Source: Nanobdellota archaeon (lineage in GTDB: Archaea; Nanobdellota; Nanobdellia; Woesearchaeales; SM23-78). Taken from it: a stretch of DNA of 32,000 nucleotides. The first letter of the stretch is position 1. Each line of letters begins with the position of its first letter. The position numbers and the translations under genes were made by a program. Where the stretch lies: positions 1 through 32,000 of the forward strand of contig JBBSWA010000047.1 in assembly GCA_038046485.1 (NCBI GenBank), read 5' to 3'. Shown here piece by piece: positions 1-8,685 of the stretch. The notes under the pieces were generated by a model. The model was not told the DNA's origin. It did not search any database and saw only the letters and a list, made by a program, of their open reading frames with translations.

Positions 1-29
1 GTGATGTGCAGCGAAACACGATTTGGATT

Positions 30-776
30 TTATGGACATGAAAGCTGATCCAGATCGAATATCAAGGTTTCTTCTTTTCCTTCTTGATTGGCTGTTGCTA
101 GTAACTTTCCCTCTTTTGAATAAACACAAGAGCCTCCCACACAATGCTCTCCCCATGAGATCCCCACCCGATTTGTAACGAGCAAAGGTGCTTCCATTGC
201 TTTTGCGATTTTTTCCCAATATTCTTGTGGTTGCCATAACTCGCGATTGTTGGGATAAAAAACCAGTTGAGGCTTTAATTCTTTAACTAACTTGAGGCAC
301 CGGCCGGCCATGGTATCGGCGCAGATGATGCAGGAAGCCTGGATCCCTTCGATCTCGAAAATTTCAGGCCCCGTTCCTGGGTCAAAGTCATCCGGTTCGT
401 TTCGATGACGGCGAATGGACTTGATGCGATCGGTTGTAGCATATAACCACGTCTTCCTGTATTTATAGATGAATCCCTTAGGACCTAAAAAGACTTGAGT
501 GATATAGCGATGGGTTCCGTCTTCCTCGATTAAACCAAATGAGATATACACCTCTAACTCTTCAGCTAATTTCCACACCGCCTGACAGGAAACATCGCCT
601 GGGACTTGCTCGGCAAATTTATCTATATTTTCTACATAATCTGTTAAACACCCCTCTGGAAATAAAACAATCTTGGCTCCTTGCTCTTTTGCTTTTCTAG
701 ATAGGTCTAAGATTCTTTGTAAGTTTTTCTCTGGCTGTTCTTGGGTGACTTCCATTTGAACGAGGGCTATTTTCAT
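30..776 (-). CDS. carbon-nitrogen hydrolase (nitrilase superfamily) protein
   Basis: 248-aa ORF with the Glu/Lys/Cys signature in the expected order (VLFPEG, YRKTW, SCIICAD). It has a 4-nt stop/start overlap with the upstream gene of the same operon. Confidence 0.8.
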   Translation of the reverse strand: MKIALVQMEVTQEQPEKNLQRILDLSRKAKEQGAKIVLFPEGCLTDYVENIDKFAEQVPGDVSCQAVWKLAEELEVYISFGLIEEDGTHRYITQVFLGPKGFIYKYRKTWLYATTDRIKSIRRHRNEPDDFDPGTGPEIFEIEGIQASCIICADTMAGRCLKLVKELKPQLVFYPNNRELWQPQEYWEKIAKAMEAPLLVTNRVGISWGEHCVGGSCVYSKEGKLLATANQEGKEETLIFDLDQLSCP

Positions 777-1423
777 CTTAACTCCAAGATCTTCTCTGCG
801 TTTAGTTCTTCCAAAGAATGAACGACGAGATCAGCTCCTTTGAAATCATCGGCTTTGTGAAACTGTGTCACCTTACCGATAAATTTCATGCCCAATTCCT
901 TTGCTTGTAAAATACCATGCACTGAATCATCGATAAAAATACACTCAGATGGCAAGACTCCTAACTTATCCGACTCCTTTAGCAGTATATCTGCACTATC
1001 CTTATGACCATTTGCATCCTCAAGAGCAGTCATTATCGGGAACTTTTCGAGCAATTCTAGATCTCTTAATCGCTTCACCAAAAGCTCTTTGGGGTACAAT
1101 GAAGCGATCCCAGTCTTTATTTTATGCTGCTGTAAATCTGCAATTAATTCTCTTACCCCTTTGTTGGGCACCATATTTTTTCCTAGTAAGTGATCGACTT
1201 CATCCCTTGTACTCTTTGAAAAATCCTCACAATCGATATTAAGATTGTACTTATTATTTATCTTATCCAACTGATCTTTCAACGAATGCCCTAGTAAAGG
1301 TTTTATTTCTTCGATGGATAGATGAATATTATATTTACTTAAGTACTGATTTCGGGCCTCCCAAATGTAGGGGGTTGTATCTATGATAACTCCATTGAAA
1401 TCAAAAATAACCGCTTTGATCAC
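773..1423 (-). CDS. HAD-superfamily phosphatase (YihX-like, motif I D-x-N)
   Basis: N-terminus MIKAVIFDFNGVI is HAD motif I and ECIFIDDS is motif IV. It has 4-nt overlaps with both neighbours. Confidence 0.8.
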   Translation of the reverse strand: MIKAVIFDFNGVIIDTTPYIWEARNQYLSKYNIHLSIEEIKPLLGHSLKDQLDKINNKYNLNIDCEDFSKSTRDEVDHLLGKNMVPNKGVRELIADLQQHKIKTGIASLYPKELLVKRLRDLELLEKFPIMTALEDANGHKDSADILLKESDKLGVLPSECIFIDDSVHGILQAKELGMKFIGKVTQFHKADDFKGADLVVHSLEELNAEKILELR

Positions 1424-2010
1424 GTTTGCTCCGCTCTTTGAATTAGCTCTTTTTCTAAATCTGTATCTTTTGAAAACAAGAGGGCTTGAAAGCCTAAGTT
1501 GCGAGCCGCTTCTACATTAGTTAATGTATCATCAATTAATAATATATTCTGCGCTTCTTCCCCAGTTCTTTGAAGCAATAGATCAAACATCGCCTTATCT
1601 GGCTTTTGAACACCTACCTTGAACGAACTGATGATATGATGAAAATTATCATAGAAAGCATGTTTCTCATTCAATCTATCCAGCATTTCTGTTTGATTTG
1701 CAAACAAGACGAGCTGGTGCTTTTCCTTGCACTTCTTTAAGTGCTCGATCACATGAGGAATGGGTTTAAACTGATTTTCCACAAAGGTATTTAGGATTTC
1801 ATGAGGAATTTGTTTTCCTACTCCCTTGCAAAAGTGATCCCAGAACTCCTTATTTGAAATCTTATTGACCTGATATTCCCAAATCCTAGAGGGCAGGCGC
1901 TTTAAGGATTCTTTATCAACCCCTGTAATTTCCTCTAAACCTTTCCAATACTCCTCCCAATTCCAGCTAAAATAAACTCCCCCAAAATCCACCGCAAGGG
2001 CTTTGATCAT
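1420..2010 (-). CDS. HAD-superfamily phosphatase paralogue
   Basis: MIKALAVDFGGVY is motif I and ILLIDDT is motif IV. It has 4-nt overlaps with both neighbours. Confidence 0.75.
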   Translation of the reverse strand: MIKALAVDFGGVYFSWNWEEYWKGLEEITGVDKESLKRLPSRIWEYQVNKISNKEFWDHFCKGVGKQIPHEILNTFVENQFKPIPHVIEHLKKCKEKHQLVLFANQTEMLDRLNEKHAFYDNFHHIISSFKVGVQKPDKAMFDLLLQRTGEEAQNILLIDDTLTNVEAARNLGFQALLFSKDTDLEKELIQRAEQT

Positions 2011-2645
2011 TGTTCACCTAGCAAGTACTTGAACGTTTGATCGACTTCTTGCAAAAATTCCTCTTTATCTGCGATGTTTTGAATTCTTATTTTTCTACAT
2101 GGAAATGCCTCAAATAGGGCGTGCACGTTTTCGTACACTCCTTGCATCCTTGTACGCAAGGCTTCCATGATTATTTCCTCATCCCCTCCTTCCTGAACGA
2201 TCAAACGCCTTGTTTGAGCAAGATACCTTTCTTTTCTGCGCTCCCACGCTACTGGAGGAGGAACATCCACAAAGATCGGAACGGCCGACACTCTAGCGAG
2301 CAACCCCTCCATTAAAGGAAAGTAGCGAGCAAATAATCCATACTTTTCATCGGTTATTAGATGGGCCAATGCCCCTATCAATCCACTTTCTTCAACGACT
2401 GTTTCTCCTAAAGATCCTGCCGCGATCTGTTCTAAACGTTCATACGTTCCTTGCACGATTTCTTGCACCACTTGATTTGACTTTGAGCCAGAAAGGCCAT
2501 TTTCTAACGCATGACGTGCCAAAACTTCTCCAGCGTATTCATTGAACGCCGTGCTGCTCGGGAAATGCTCTCGGACGTAGTTTACCGCTGAGCTTTTGCC
2601 GGAGCAAAGCCCGCCCATCACTGGAATGTAGAGTGTTTTTGTCAT
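2007..2645 (-). CDS. P-loop NTPase, putative small-molecule or nucleotide kinase
   Basis: Walker A GGLCSGKSS lies at residues 11-19 of a 212-aa ORF. It is the first gene of a four-gene overlapping operon. The specific substrate is unknown. Confidence 0.55.
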   Translation of the reverse strand: MTKTLYIPVMGGLCSGKSSAVNYVREHFPSSTAFNEYAGEVLARHALENGLSGSKSNQVVQEIVQGTYERLEQIAAGSLGETVVEESGLIGALAHLITDEKYGLFARYFPLMEGLLARVSAVPIFVDVPPPVAWERRKERYLAQTRRLIVQEGGDEEIIMEALRTRMQGVYENVHALFEAFPCRKIRIQNIADKEEFLQEVDQTFKYLLGEQ

Positions 2646-2747
2646 TTTAACCCTGTAAGTAGTGATTTCTTTAAAGATATAAACTTTTAGCTTAAAAGCT
2701 TAAGTTTTTTGCAAATGTTTATAAGTAAAAGGCTCTTATTCTAGGCT
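2646..2747. promoter_or_regulatory. divergent archaeal-type promoter region
   Basis: tttataag at 2718-2725 lies 22 nt before the ATG at 2748. gatataaa at 2676-2683 (tttatatc on the minus strand) lies 30 nt before the minus-strand start at 2645. Confidence 0.5.
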
Positions 2748-3629
2748 ATGCGAAGAAAACTCGTCCAAATGGGACAGCATACTCTGATGTCAGCCATCCC
2801 CAGTTCTTGGGTGCAACGACATGGATTGCATAAAGGAGACTATCTGGAATTCCATGAAGTGGAGAATAAACTCCTAGTGACTTCCACAGCCGAGGTATAT
2901 GAACGTAAAATCACGATTGATATTATTTCTCCTACGATTGAATATGTCTGGCGAGTCTTGCAACCTGTGTATCTTTCTGGATACGATGAAGTTAAACTCA
3001 CCTTTCAAGACACGAAGGCACTTGACATCATCGAGCGCTTTGTTACCAACATCATCGGCTTTGAGATTGTGGAGACTGGAAAGAACCATGTTCTGATCAA
3101 GTCCATCTCCAAGCAACTGGATGAAGAGTTTCCTACTATTCTAAAACGAAGCTTTCTTGTCCTCAAACAAATGGCTGATGTTACTCAAGAAGTCTTTGAC
3201 ACAAAAGATAAAAAACTTATTGCTCAAATAAGGCCTTTAGAGATGACGATCAACAAGTATACTAACTTTTTACGAAGGCTCATCAATCGCACGGGCTACA
3301 AATATCCTCATTATATGTACTTGATTGTTACCTATCTTGAGCTTACATCAAACCATCTAGACTATCTCTATCGCTATTACGAGCGCAATCCTCGCGCCAC
3401 CATTGAGAAGCAAGCGAGTAAGGATTTTTATAAACTCAGAGACTTGATTTACCGCATCCATGATCTTTACTACAACTATACCCCTGAAAAGTTCAGATGG
3501 ATCTCAGAAGAATTGCCCCACTTCAACTGGTTTGAAAAGATTCAAGATTTTGATGTGCGCTATAACTTCAAAAGCATGGCTGAATATCTAGTTCAGATCA
3601 GCAGGCAGATTGCAGCATTGCACTTATAA
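2748..3629 (+). CDS. AbrB/SpoVT-domain plus PhoU-like regulator (archaeal phosphate-uptake-regulator type)
   Basis: The N-terminus RKLVQMGQHTLMSAIPSSWVQRHGLHKGDYLEF fits the SpoVT/AbrB swapped-hairpin pattern. The helical C-terminal part is consistent with PhoU-like repeats; that part rests on recollection only. Confidence 0.55.
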   Translation: MRRKLVQMGQHTLMSAIPSSWVQRHGLHKGDYLEFHEVENKLLVTSTAEVYERKITIDIISPTIEYVWRVLQPVYLSGYDEVKLTFQDTKALDIIERFVTNIIGFEIVETGKNHVLIKSISKQLDEEFPTILKRSFLVLKQMADVTQEVFDTKDKKLIAQIRPLEMTINKYTNFLRRLINRTGYKYPHYMYLIVTYLELTSNHLDYLYRYYERNPRATIEKQASKDFYKLRDLIYRIHDLYYNYTPEKFRWISEELPHFNWFEKIQDFDVRYNFKSMAEYLVQISRQIAALHL

Positions 3630-3701
3630 TTCTCAAATGAGAGATTCTACCCTGCGATGTATATAGACAATGTTTATAAATTAACTTTAAAAGCTAGACT
3701 T

Positions 3702-4895
3702 ATGAGCATCTATTTAGCTGTGGATCAAGAAACCTATGTACCCCCACCTGTTTGTATCCTTCAAGTTTCTTTGGGAAGTGAAATGGTCATAACCCCCCCA
3801 CACCCTCTAGAAGGAGATGTTGTATACCTCGCACCCAGCTTCAATGGAACTTCCCGTCAAGCCATTGAATTTCTTAAAAAAACTGGCTTTCGAACCATCC
3901 ACCAACTTAACGACTCTTCACTCGCAGGACCAAGTACACTTAACGATTTAGTTGGAGTCATACCAAATTCAATGGTTGGCGAAAGCCCTGCCATCCGTCA
4001 AGTTCATGCCGATATTCAGACTTTCGCCAACCTAAACTCACCTGTGCTTATTACAGGCGAAAGTGGAGTTGGCAAAGAACTTGTTGCCAGAGCCCTTCAC
4101 AACCAAAGTTCAAAAAAAGAAAAACCTTATGTGACCGTCAACTGCCCCGCCATTCCCGTAGAGTTATTTGAATCTGAACTATTCGGCCACACCAAAGGAG
4201 CCTACACTGGAGCGGATGGTGGTACAGGAGGATATATCGGAGAAGCTCAAGATGGCACTTTATTCTTCGACGAAATCGGAGAATTTCCCCTCATTCACCA
4301 AGCCAAACTCTTACGCCTTCTTGAACAACATGAATACCGCCCTGTAGGGGGTAGTAAAAACTACACCACCCCTGCCCGGTTTATTGCAGCCACCAATCAA
4401 GACCTTGTCCACCTCGTCCAAAAAGGAAAATTCCGGCAAGACCTTTACTATCGCCTCAATGCACTCCCATTACCTGTGCCCCTCCTCTTTGAACGAAAAG
4501 AAGACATTTCTCGCATCGCCACCTACTATGCCCTTACTATCCAAAAAGGAAAACCCCTCTTGCTAGATCCAAGCGCAGCTACTACCTTACAAGCTTATCC
4601 CTGGCCCGGCAATGTCCGCGAACTACGAAACCAACTTGAATTGGCCGTAGCCCGAGCTCAGACCCCTTACCTTTCAGAAAAAGATTTCACTCTACCCCCC
4701 TCAGAAGAACGCCCAATATTGGGTAAAGGAAAAGGAAGCCTGCGCCAACGCATGAGAGAATATGAGAAAAGACTGATCTTAGACGCCCTCGAACAAAACC
4801 ATTGGAATATCAGTGAAACCGCTCGACAACTCAGTCTGGAACGCAGCAACCTCCACCGAAAAATAAACGGATTAAGCATTCAAACTCAAGAATAG
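3702..4895 (+). CDS. sigma-54-interaction-domain AAA+ transcriptional activator with C-terminal Fis-type HTH
   Basis: Motifs present: Walker A GESGVGKE, GAYTGA (a GAFTGA-loop variant), Walker B LFFDEIGE, RQDLYYRLN, WPGNVRELRN and C-terminal HTH ISETARQLSLERSNLHRKI. The ORF opens at 3657, but tttataaa at 3673-3680 sits 21 nt before the ATG at 3702, so I prefer that start. Confidence 0.85.
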   Translation: MSIYLAVDQETYVPPPVCILQVSLGSEMVITPPHPLEGDVVYLAPSFNGTSRQAIEFLKKTGFRTIHQLNDSSLAGPSTLNDLVGVIPNSMVGESPAIRQVHADIQTFANLNSPVLITGESGVGKELVARALHNQSSKKEKPYVTVNCPAIPVELFESELFGHTKGAYTGADGGTGGYIGEAQDGTLFFDEIGEFPLIHQAKLLRLLEQHEYRPVGGSKNYTTPARFIAATNQDLVHLVQKGKFRQDLYYRLNALPLPVPLLFERKEDISRIATYYALTIQKGKPLLLDPSAATTLQAYPWPGNVRELRNQLELAVARAQTPYLSEKDFTLPPSEERPILGKGKGSLRQRMREYEKRLILDALEQNHWNISETARQLSLERSNLHRKINGLSIQTQE

Positions 4896-5000
4896 TTTCA
4901 TACAAAGAGATCTTGAAGCCACTACCTAAACAAAGCGAAAGACTTTCTACAGGACTATAGAATAGACAACCTTAAAAACAAACTTTATTTTCCAACCCTC

Positions 5001-5846
5001 ATGAAAACCAGAACCCTTGGCCCCTGGAAAGTGTATCCTGTTGGACTCGGGGTCATGGCTGTCGACGAATATGGCCATACTCCTTTGAAAGAAGCGATTG
5101 AACTGTTTCAGTACGCTATGGAACAGGGTGTTACGTTGTTTGACACCGCCGATGTGTATGGCAATGGACATAATGAAGAATTACTGGGAAAGGCGTTTTC
5201 TGCTAAAGAACAAGACAAGATTTTGATCACTACAAAAGCAGGCTGTACACGACCGGGCGGTGTGGATTGGGGCTTAGATGGAAGACCGGAGCACATCAAA
5301 GAAGCCATCAAAGCCAGCCTGAAACGATTGGGGCTGAAACGAATTAAACTGTATCAATTGCATTCACCCGATCCCAATGTTCCCTTTGAAGATACTGTTC
5401 GTGCGTTCAAAGAGTTGCATGGGAAAGGACTTTTTGAACAGTTTGGACTATCCAATGTAAGCCTGGAACAGCTGAAGATTGCGCAGAAAATAATTCCTGT
5501 AGTGAGTGTGCAAAATCAATTTAGAGTACAATATAAAAAAGACGAAGCTGAATTACTGCCCTACTTGACCAAACACAACATTGCTTTCTTACCTTACTTT
5601 CCCCTCGGCGGGAACTTCAACGGAGTTGCAAGCCCCAAACTACGGCAAGAGCCAAAACTGCAAGAGATTGCGAAGAAACTCAAGATTAGCGTGAGTCAGC
5701 TTTGTTTAGCCTGGATCCTGAACAAATGGCCGACGGCCATTCCGATCCCTGGAACGACTTCAAAAGAACACCTTCTTGAGAATATCCAAGCAGCAAAGAT
5801 TGAATTGCCCAAGGAAGTGATTAAGAAGATGGATGAGATGTATTAG
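5001..5846 (+). CDS. aldo/keto reductase
   Basis: FDTADVYGNGHNEELLGKA and the rest of the AKR pattern run over the full 281 aa. Confidence 0.85.
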   Translation: MKTRTLGPWKVYPVGLGVMAVDEYGHTPLKEAIELFQYAMEQGVTLFDTADVYGNGHNEELLGKAFSAKEQDKILITTKAGCTRPGGVDWGLDGRPEHIKEAIKASLKRLGLKRIKLYQLHSPDPNVPFEDTVRAFKELHGKGLFEQFGLSNVSLEQLKIAQKIIPVVSVQNQFRVQYKKDEAELLPYLTKHNIAFLPYFPLGGNFNGVASPKLRQEPKLQEIAKKLKISVSQLCLAWILNKWPTAIPIPGTTSKEHLLENIQAAKIELPKEVIKKMDEMY

Positions 5847-5869
5847 ATAATTCTTAAGATACATTTATA

Positions 5870-6703
5870 TTAAATATCAATAAATTTAGATTTGAAGATA
5901 CCATTCGTCTTTTTCTGAATATTTTTATAAGACAAAAGTGCTTTGGGAGGAACCCCCCCTAATTTATACGTTTTGTTCCACCCTCTCCAAAAAGCCACAT
6001 TAATATAATTAAACAGTAAATCGAATAAATTACTTGCATTATTTTTATTATATCTTGGCGCATAATAATAATTTCCTTCCCATTTATCTTTCCCTAATTT
6101 TTTCCCAACATCAAAGAAAGCTTGGAATGTTCTCTTGCTATGATGACTAAACTGAGATAACCACACATAATAACTATAATCCTTTTCTTTATTCATACGC
6201 TTTAATAACTCTCTTATAGGTGGCCAATTATCTTTATATTTAATAGTGCTCTTCCCATTTTTTATTACTTCATCCCAATTCAGAAACTTTTCTTCATAAA
6301 ATTTTTGTCTTTCAAACCACTGCTCTAAAGCTTTCCCATCTATAACCATATACTCTAAAGCTATAGAACTTTCCATTATACTTCTAACTAATAATCCTGC
6401 TTCATTATAATACCCTTTACATATTAATTGAATACATACCTCTTCTTTTCTTACCATATCAGATAAAAAAATGGTTCCAAGTAGAAACAAGCTTGAATTT
6501 GCATCATTAGGTTTGAAAAGAGCCCAATTATCGTTATCTATAATAATTTCAAGAATAAAACTCTTTTGCTTTTTTAGATATTTAACTTTTTCTTTTAGAT
6601 CTATATTTGTCTTCATTACATTTGTCTTTTCAACTCTTTTCTTCTTTTTCTTGAGCTCAACTATTTTTCCAGATATCATCTTCCTTAACGTATGCCAGAA
6701 CAT
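5870..6703 (-). CDS. hypothetical protein in an AT-rich islet (possibly DUF5677-like)
   Basis: Long ORF in a markedly AT-rich block. The segment GLLVRSIMESSIALEYMV ... WLSQFSHHS resembles DUF5677 as I remember it. A TATA box (gtttatatta on the minus strand, plus coordinates 6704-6713) abuts the first ATG, so Met9 at 6679 is the more likely start. Confidence 0.5.
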   Translation of the reverse strand: MFWHTLRKMISGKIVELKKKKKRVEKTNVMKTNIDLKEKVKYLKKQKSFILEIIIDNDNWALFKPNDANSSLFLLGTIFLSDMVRKEEVCIQLICKGYYNEAGLLVRSIMESSIALEYMVIDGKALEQWFERQKFYEEKFLNWDEVIKNGKSTIKYKDNWPPIRELLKRMNKEKDYSYYVWLSQFSHHSKRTFQAFFDVGKKLGKDKWEGNYYYAPRYNKNNASNLFDLLFNYINVAFWRGWNKTYKLGGVPPKALLSYKNIQKKTNGIFKSKFIDI

Positions 6704-6827
6704 AATATAAACTTAATGTAAATAACTAAATAAATTATGCTACGCGTTAAGGACTAAGCTGCGATTGAATAATCCATCCTCTTTCTCAGGACAAACCTTT
6801 TTATAACTCCTTTTAATCCTCGATTGA

Positions 6828-8073
6828 ATGGATCGATCTTTTGCTCGGGAATTGGACCTGGATGATCCCCTTGCTAAGTATCGACGAAGGTTTGTGATTG
6901 GAGACCCTAATATCATCTATCTCGATGGGAACTCTTTGGGGAGAATGCCCAAAACCACACGAAAAAGGCTTCATCGAGTTATTGATGAGGAATGGGGCCG
7001 TGGTTTGATACGAAGCTGGGGAGGCAAAGCCAGCTGGATTGACCTGGATCAACGCATTGGAGCGAAATTGGCTCGTATTGCTGGCGCAGAAGAAAATGAA
7101 GCCATCGTCTGCAACTCTACTACTGTCAACTTATACAATTTAGTGGGTGCTGCCCTTGCCTTGGGCCATACGGCGATTGTCACGAACAAAAGCAATTTCC
7201 CCACCGATAGTTATGTCCTCCAAGGCATTGCTCAAGAAAAAGGGCTTACCCTCATTGTCTTTGAAAACGACCCTGTCCAAGGACCCCACTGCTCAAAATG
7301 TTGAGGAAGCCCTTAAATGGCTCAGATCTGGACAAACCCCCCTAGTTAGCCTGCCCCTTGTCTGTTATCGATCAGGTGCCCTTGCCGATGCTGATGCAAT
7401 CGATGCTGTTGTTGAAGACGCCGGCGGACGAACGATTTGGGATGGCTGTCATGCCTCGGGCATCATTCCTCTTGATGGAAAACTCATGGTATCCTGCACG
7501 TACAAATACCTCAATGGAGGACCAGGGGCTCCAGCCTTTATCGTTATCCCTGAAGAACTCCAAGGAAAACTTACCCCTGTCATCCAAGGTTGGATGGGGC
7601 AACAAAATCAGTTTGACATGGATTGGCAATACCAACCTGTACCTGGCATGAAACGATGGGCTTCTGGAACACCACCTGTATTATCCTTGGCTGCCATTGA
7701 ACCTGGTGCTGACATGATCCTCGAAGCAGGTGTAGACAACATCCGGCAAAAAAGCATGGTACTCACTCAATTTGTCATTCAACTCTACAGGAATCACCTC
7801 CAATCCGAAGGATTCACTCTCGGCACCCCTGAAGATCCTACTCGACGAGGCGGACATGTAGCGCTTTGCCACCCGGAAGCGTACCGGATCTGCAAAGCCA
7901 TGATCTATGAAGATGTGATCCCTGACTTCAGACCGCCCAACATTATTCGCCTTGGCTTAACACCTTTAGACACAAGATATGTCGATGCGTATGATGGCAT
8001 TGACATTCTACGGGAAATCATGCGAACGGAGAAATACAAACGACTTACAAAGGAACGATCACGAGTTACCTGA
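6828..8073 (+). pseudogene. kynU: kynureninase, interrupted by a +1 frame change near 7272-7282
   Basis: Frame A (6828-7304) carries YLDGNSLGRMP and the N-terminal domain. Frame B (open 7147-8073) carries WDGCHASG and the PLP-lysine motif CTYKYLNGGPGAPAF. The two frames overlap and both are needed for a full-length enzyme. Confidence 0.8.
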
Positions 8074-8170
8074 AGTTATTCTGCTTAATACGGAAACCAT
8101 CCGATTCTTTCGCAATTCTTACGGAATTCTGAGGAATCCCTTTTTGAAGACTTTCTTATCACTTTGCTGA

Positions 8171-8458
8171 ATGAGACTGTTTGAAGTCAACGACAAGACA
8201 GGAAGGATTATTTACTTGACTGAAGAGCGCTGGCGACATATCTTATTTAAACACCCGAATCTTATCTCTGAATTAGAAACTATAAAACGAACTCTCCTTT
8301 ACCCTTCCTGTATTCTACAAGACCCACGTAACCTCAGCATTCATTCTTATTTTGGACATTGCAAAAACAAACCTGAACCTTTTTTAGCTGTCGTCGTAAA
8401 GTATATAAACGGAGAAGGCTTTATCCTTACCAGTTTCTATACAGACCAAACAAAATGA
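8171..8458 (+). CDS. putative toxin (DUF4258-like small nuclease fold)
   Basis: 95 aa with LTEERWRHILFKHP and a C-terminal VVVKYINGEGFILTSFY pattern. It has a 4-nt ATGA overlap with the downstream DUF2283-like gene. Confidence 0.45.
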   Translation: MRLFEVNDKTGRIIYLTEERWRHILFKHPNLISELETIKRTLLYPSCILQDPRNLSIHSYFGHCKNKPEPFLAVVVKYINGEGFILTSFYTDQTK

Positions 8459-8679
8459 AACAAAAACTACATGTGCATTATGATTCAGAAGGAGACATCT
8501 TAGAGGTTATAATCGGCAAACCAACTCCTGCCATTATGAAAAACCTTGGTGACAATATCTTTCAACGGGTAGAAGAAAAAACAGGAAAAACAAAAGGATT
8601 TATGATTATGAGCTTCAAGAAAAGAGAACAAAAAGACATTGAAATTTCCCTTTCTAATGAACTGGCTTTGACGGTATAA
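8455..8679 (+). CDS. DUF2283-family protein (putative antitoxin)
   Basis: 74 aa with the HYDSEGDILEV motif typical of DUF2283/YuzE-like proteins. It appears translationally coupled to the upstream gene. Confidence 0.6.
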   Translation: MKQKLHVHYDSEGDILEVIIGKPTPAIMKNLGDNIFQRVEEKTGKTKGFMIMSFKKREQKDIEISLSNELALTV

Positions 8680-8685
8680 TTACTT

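Noticed and set aside
949-1242. Antisense or alternate-frame ORFs nested inside long genes. Examples: 949-1242, 2121-2315, 2874-3116, 4384-4566, 5108-5311, 7358-7651, 12563-12812, 13330-14543, 15394-15699, 16121-16408, 17110-17867, 18509-19140, 23160-24241, 26398-26883, 27264-28309 and 28993-30216.
   Set aside because: Each lies within a longer ORF that has clear family motifs. None has its own promoter box, and the translations are compositionally odd (Ser/Leu/Pro/Arg-rich mirror frames).
3657-3701. An upstream ATG start for the sigma-54-type activator
   Set aside because: A canonical TATA box lies inside these 15 codons and is correctly spaced for the ATG at 3702.
7265-7290. Programmed ribosomal frameshifting in kynureninase
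   Set aside because: There is no slippery heptamer or obvious downstream structure at the frame junction. A simple indel is more parsimonious.
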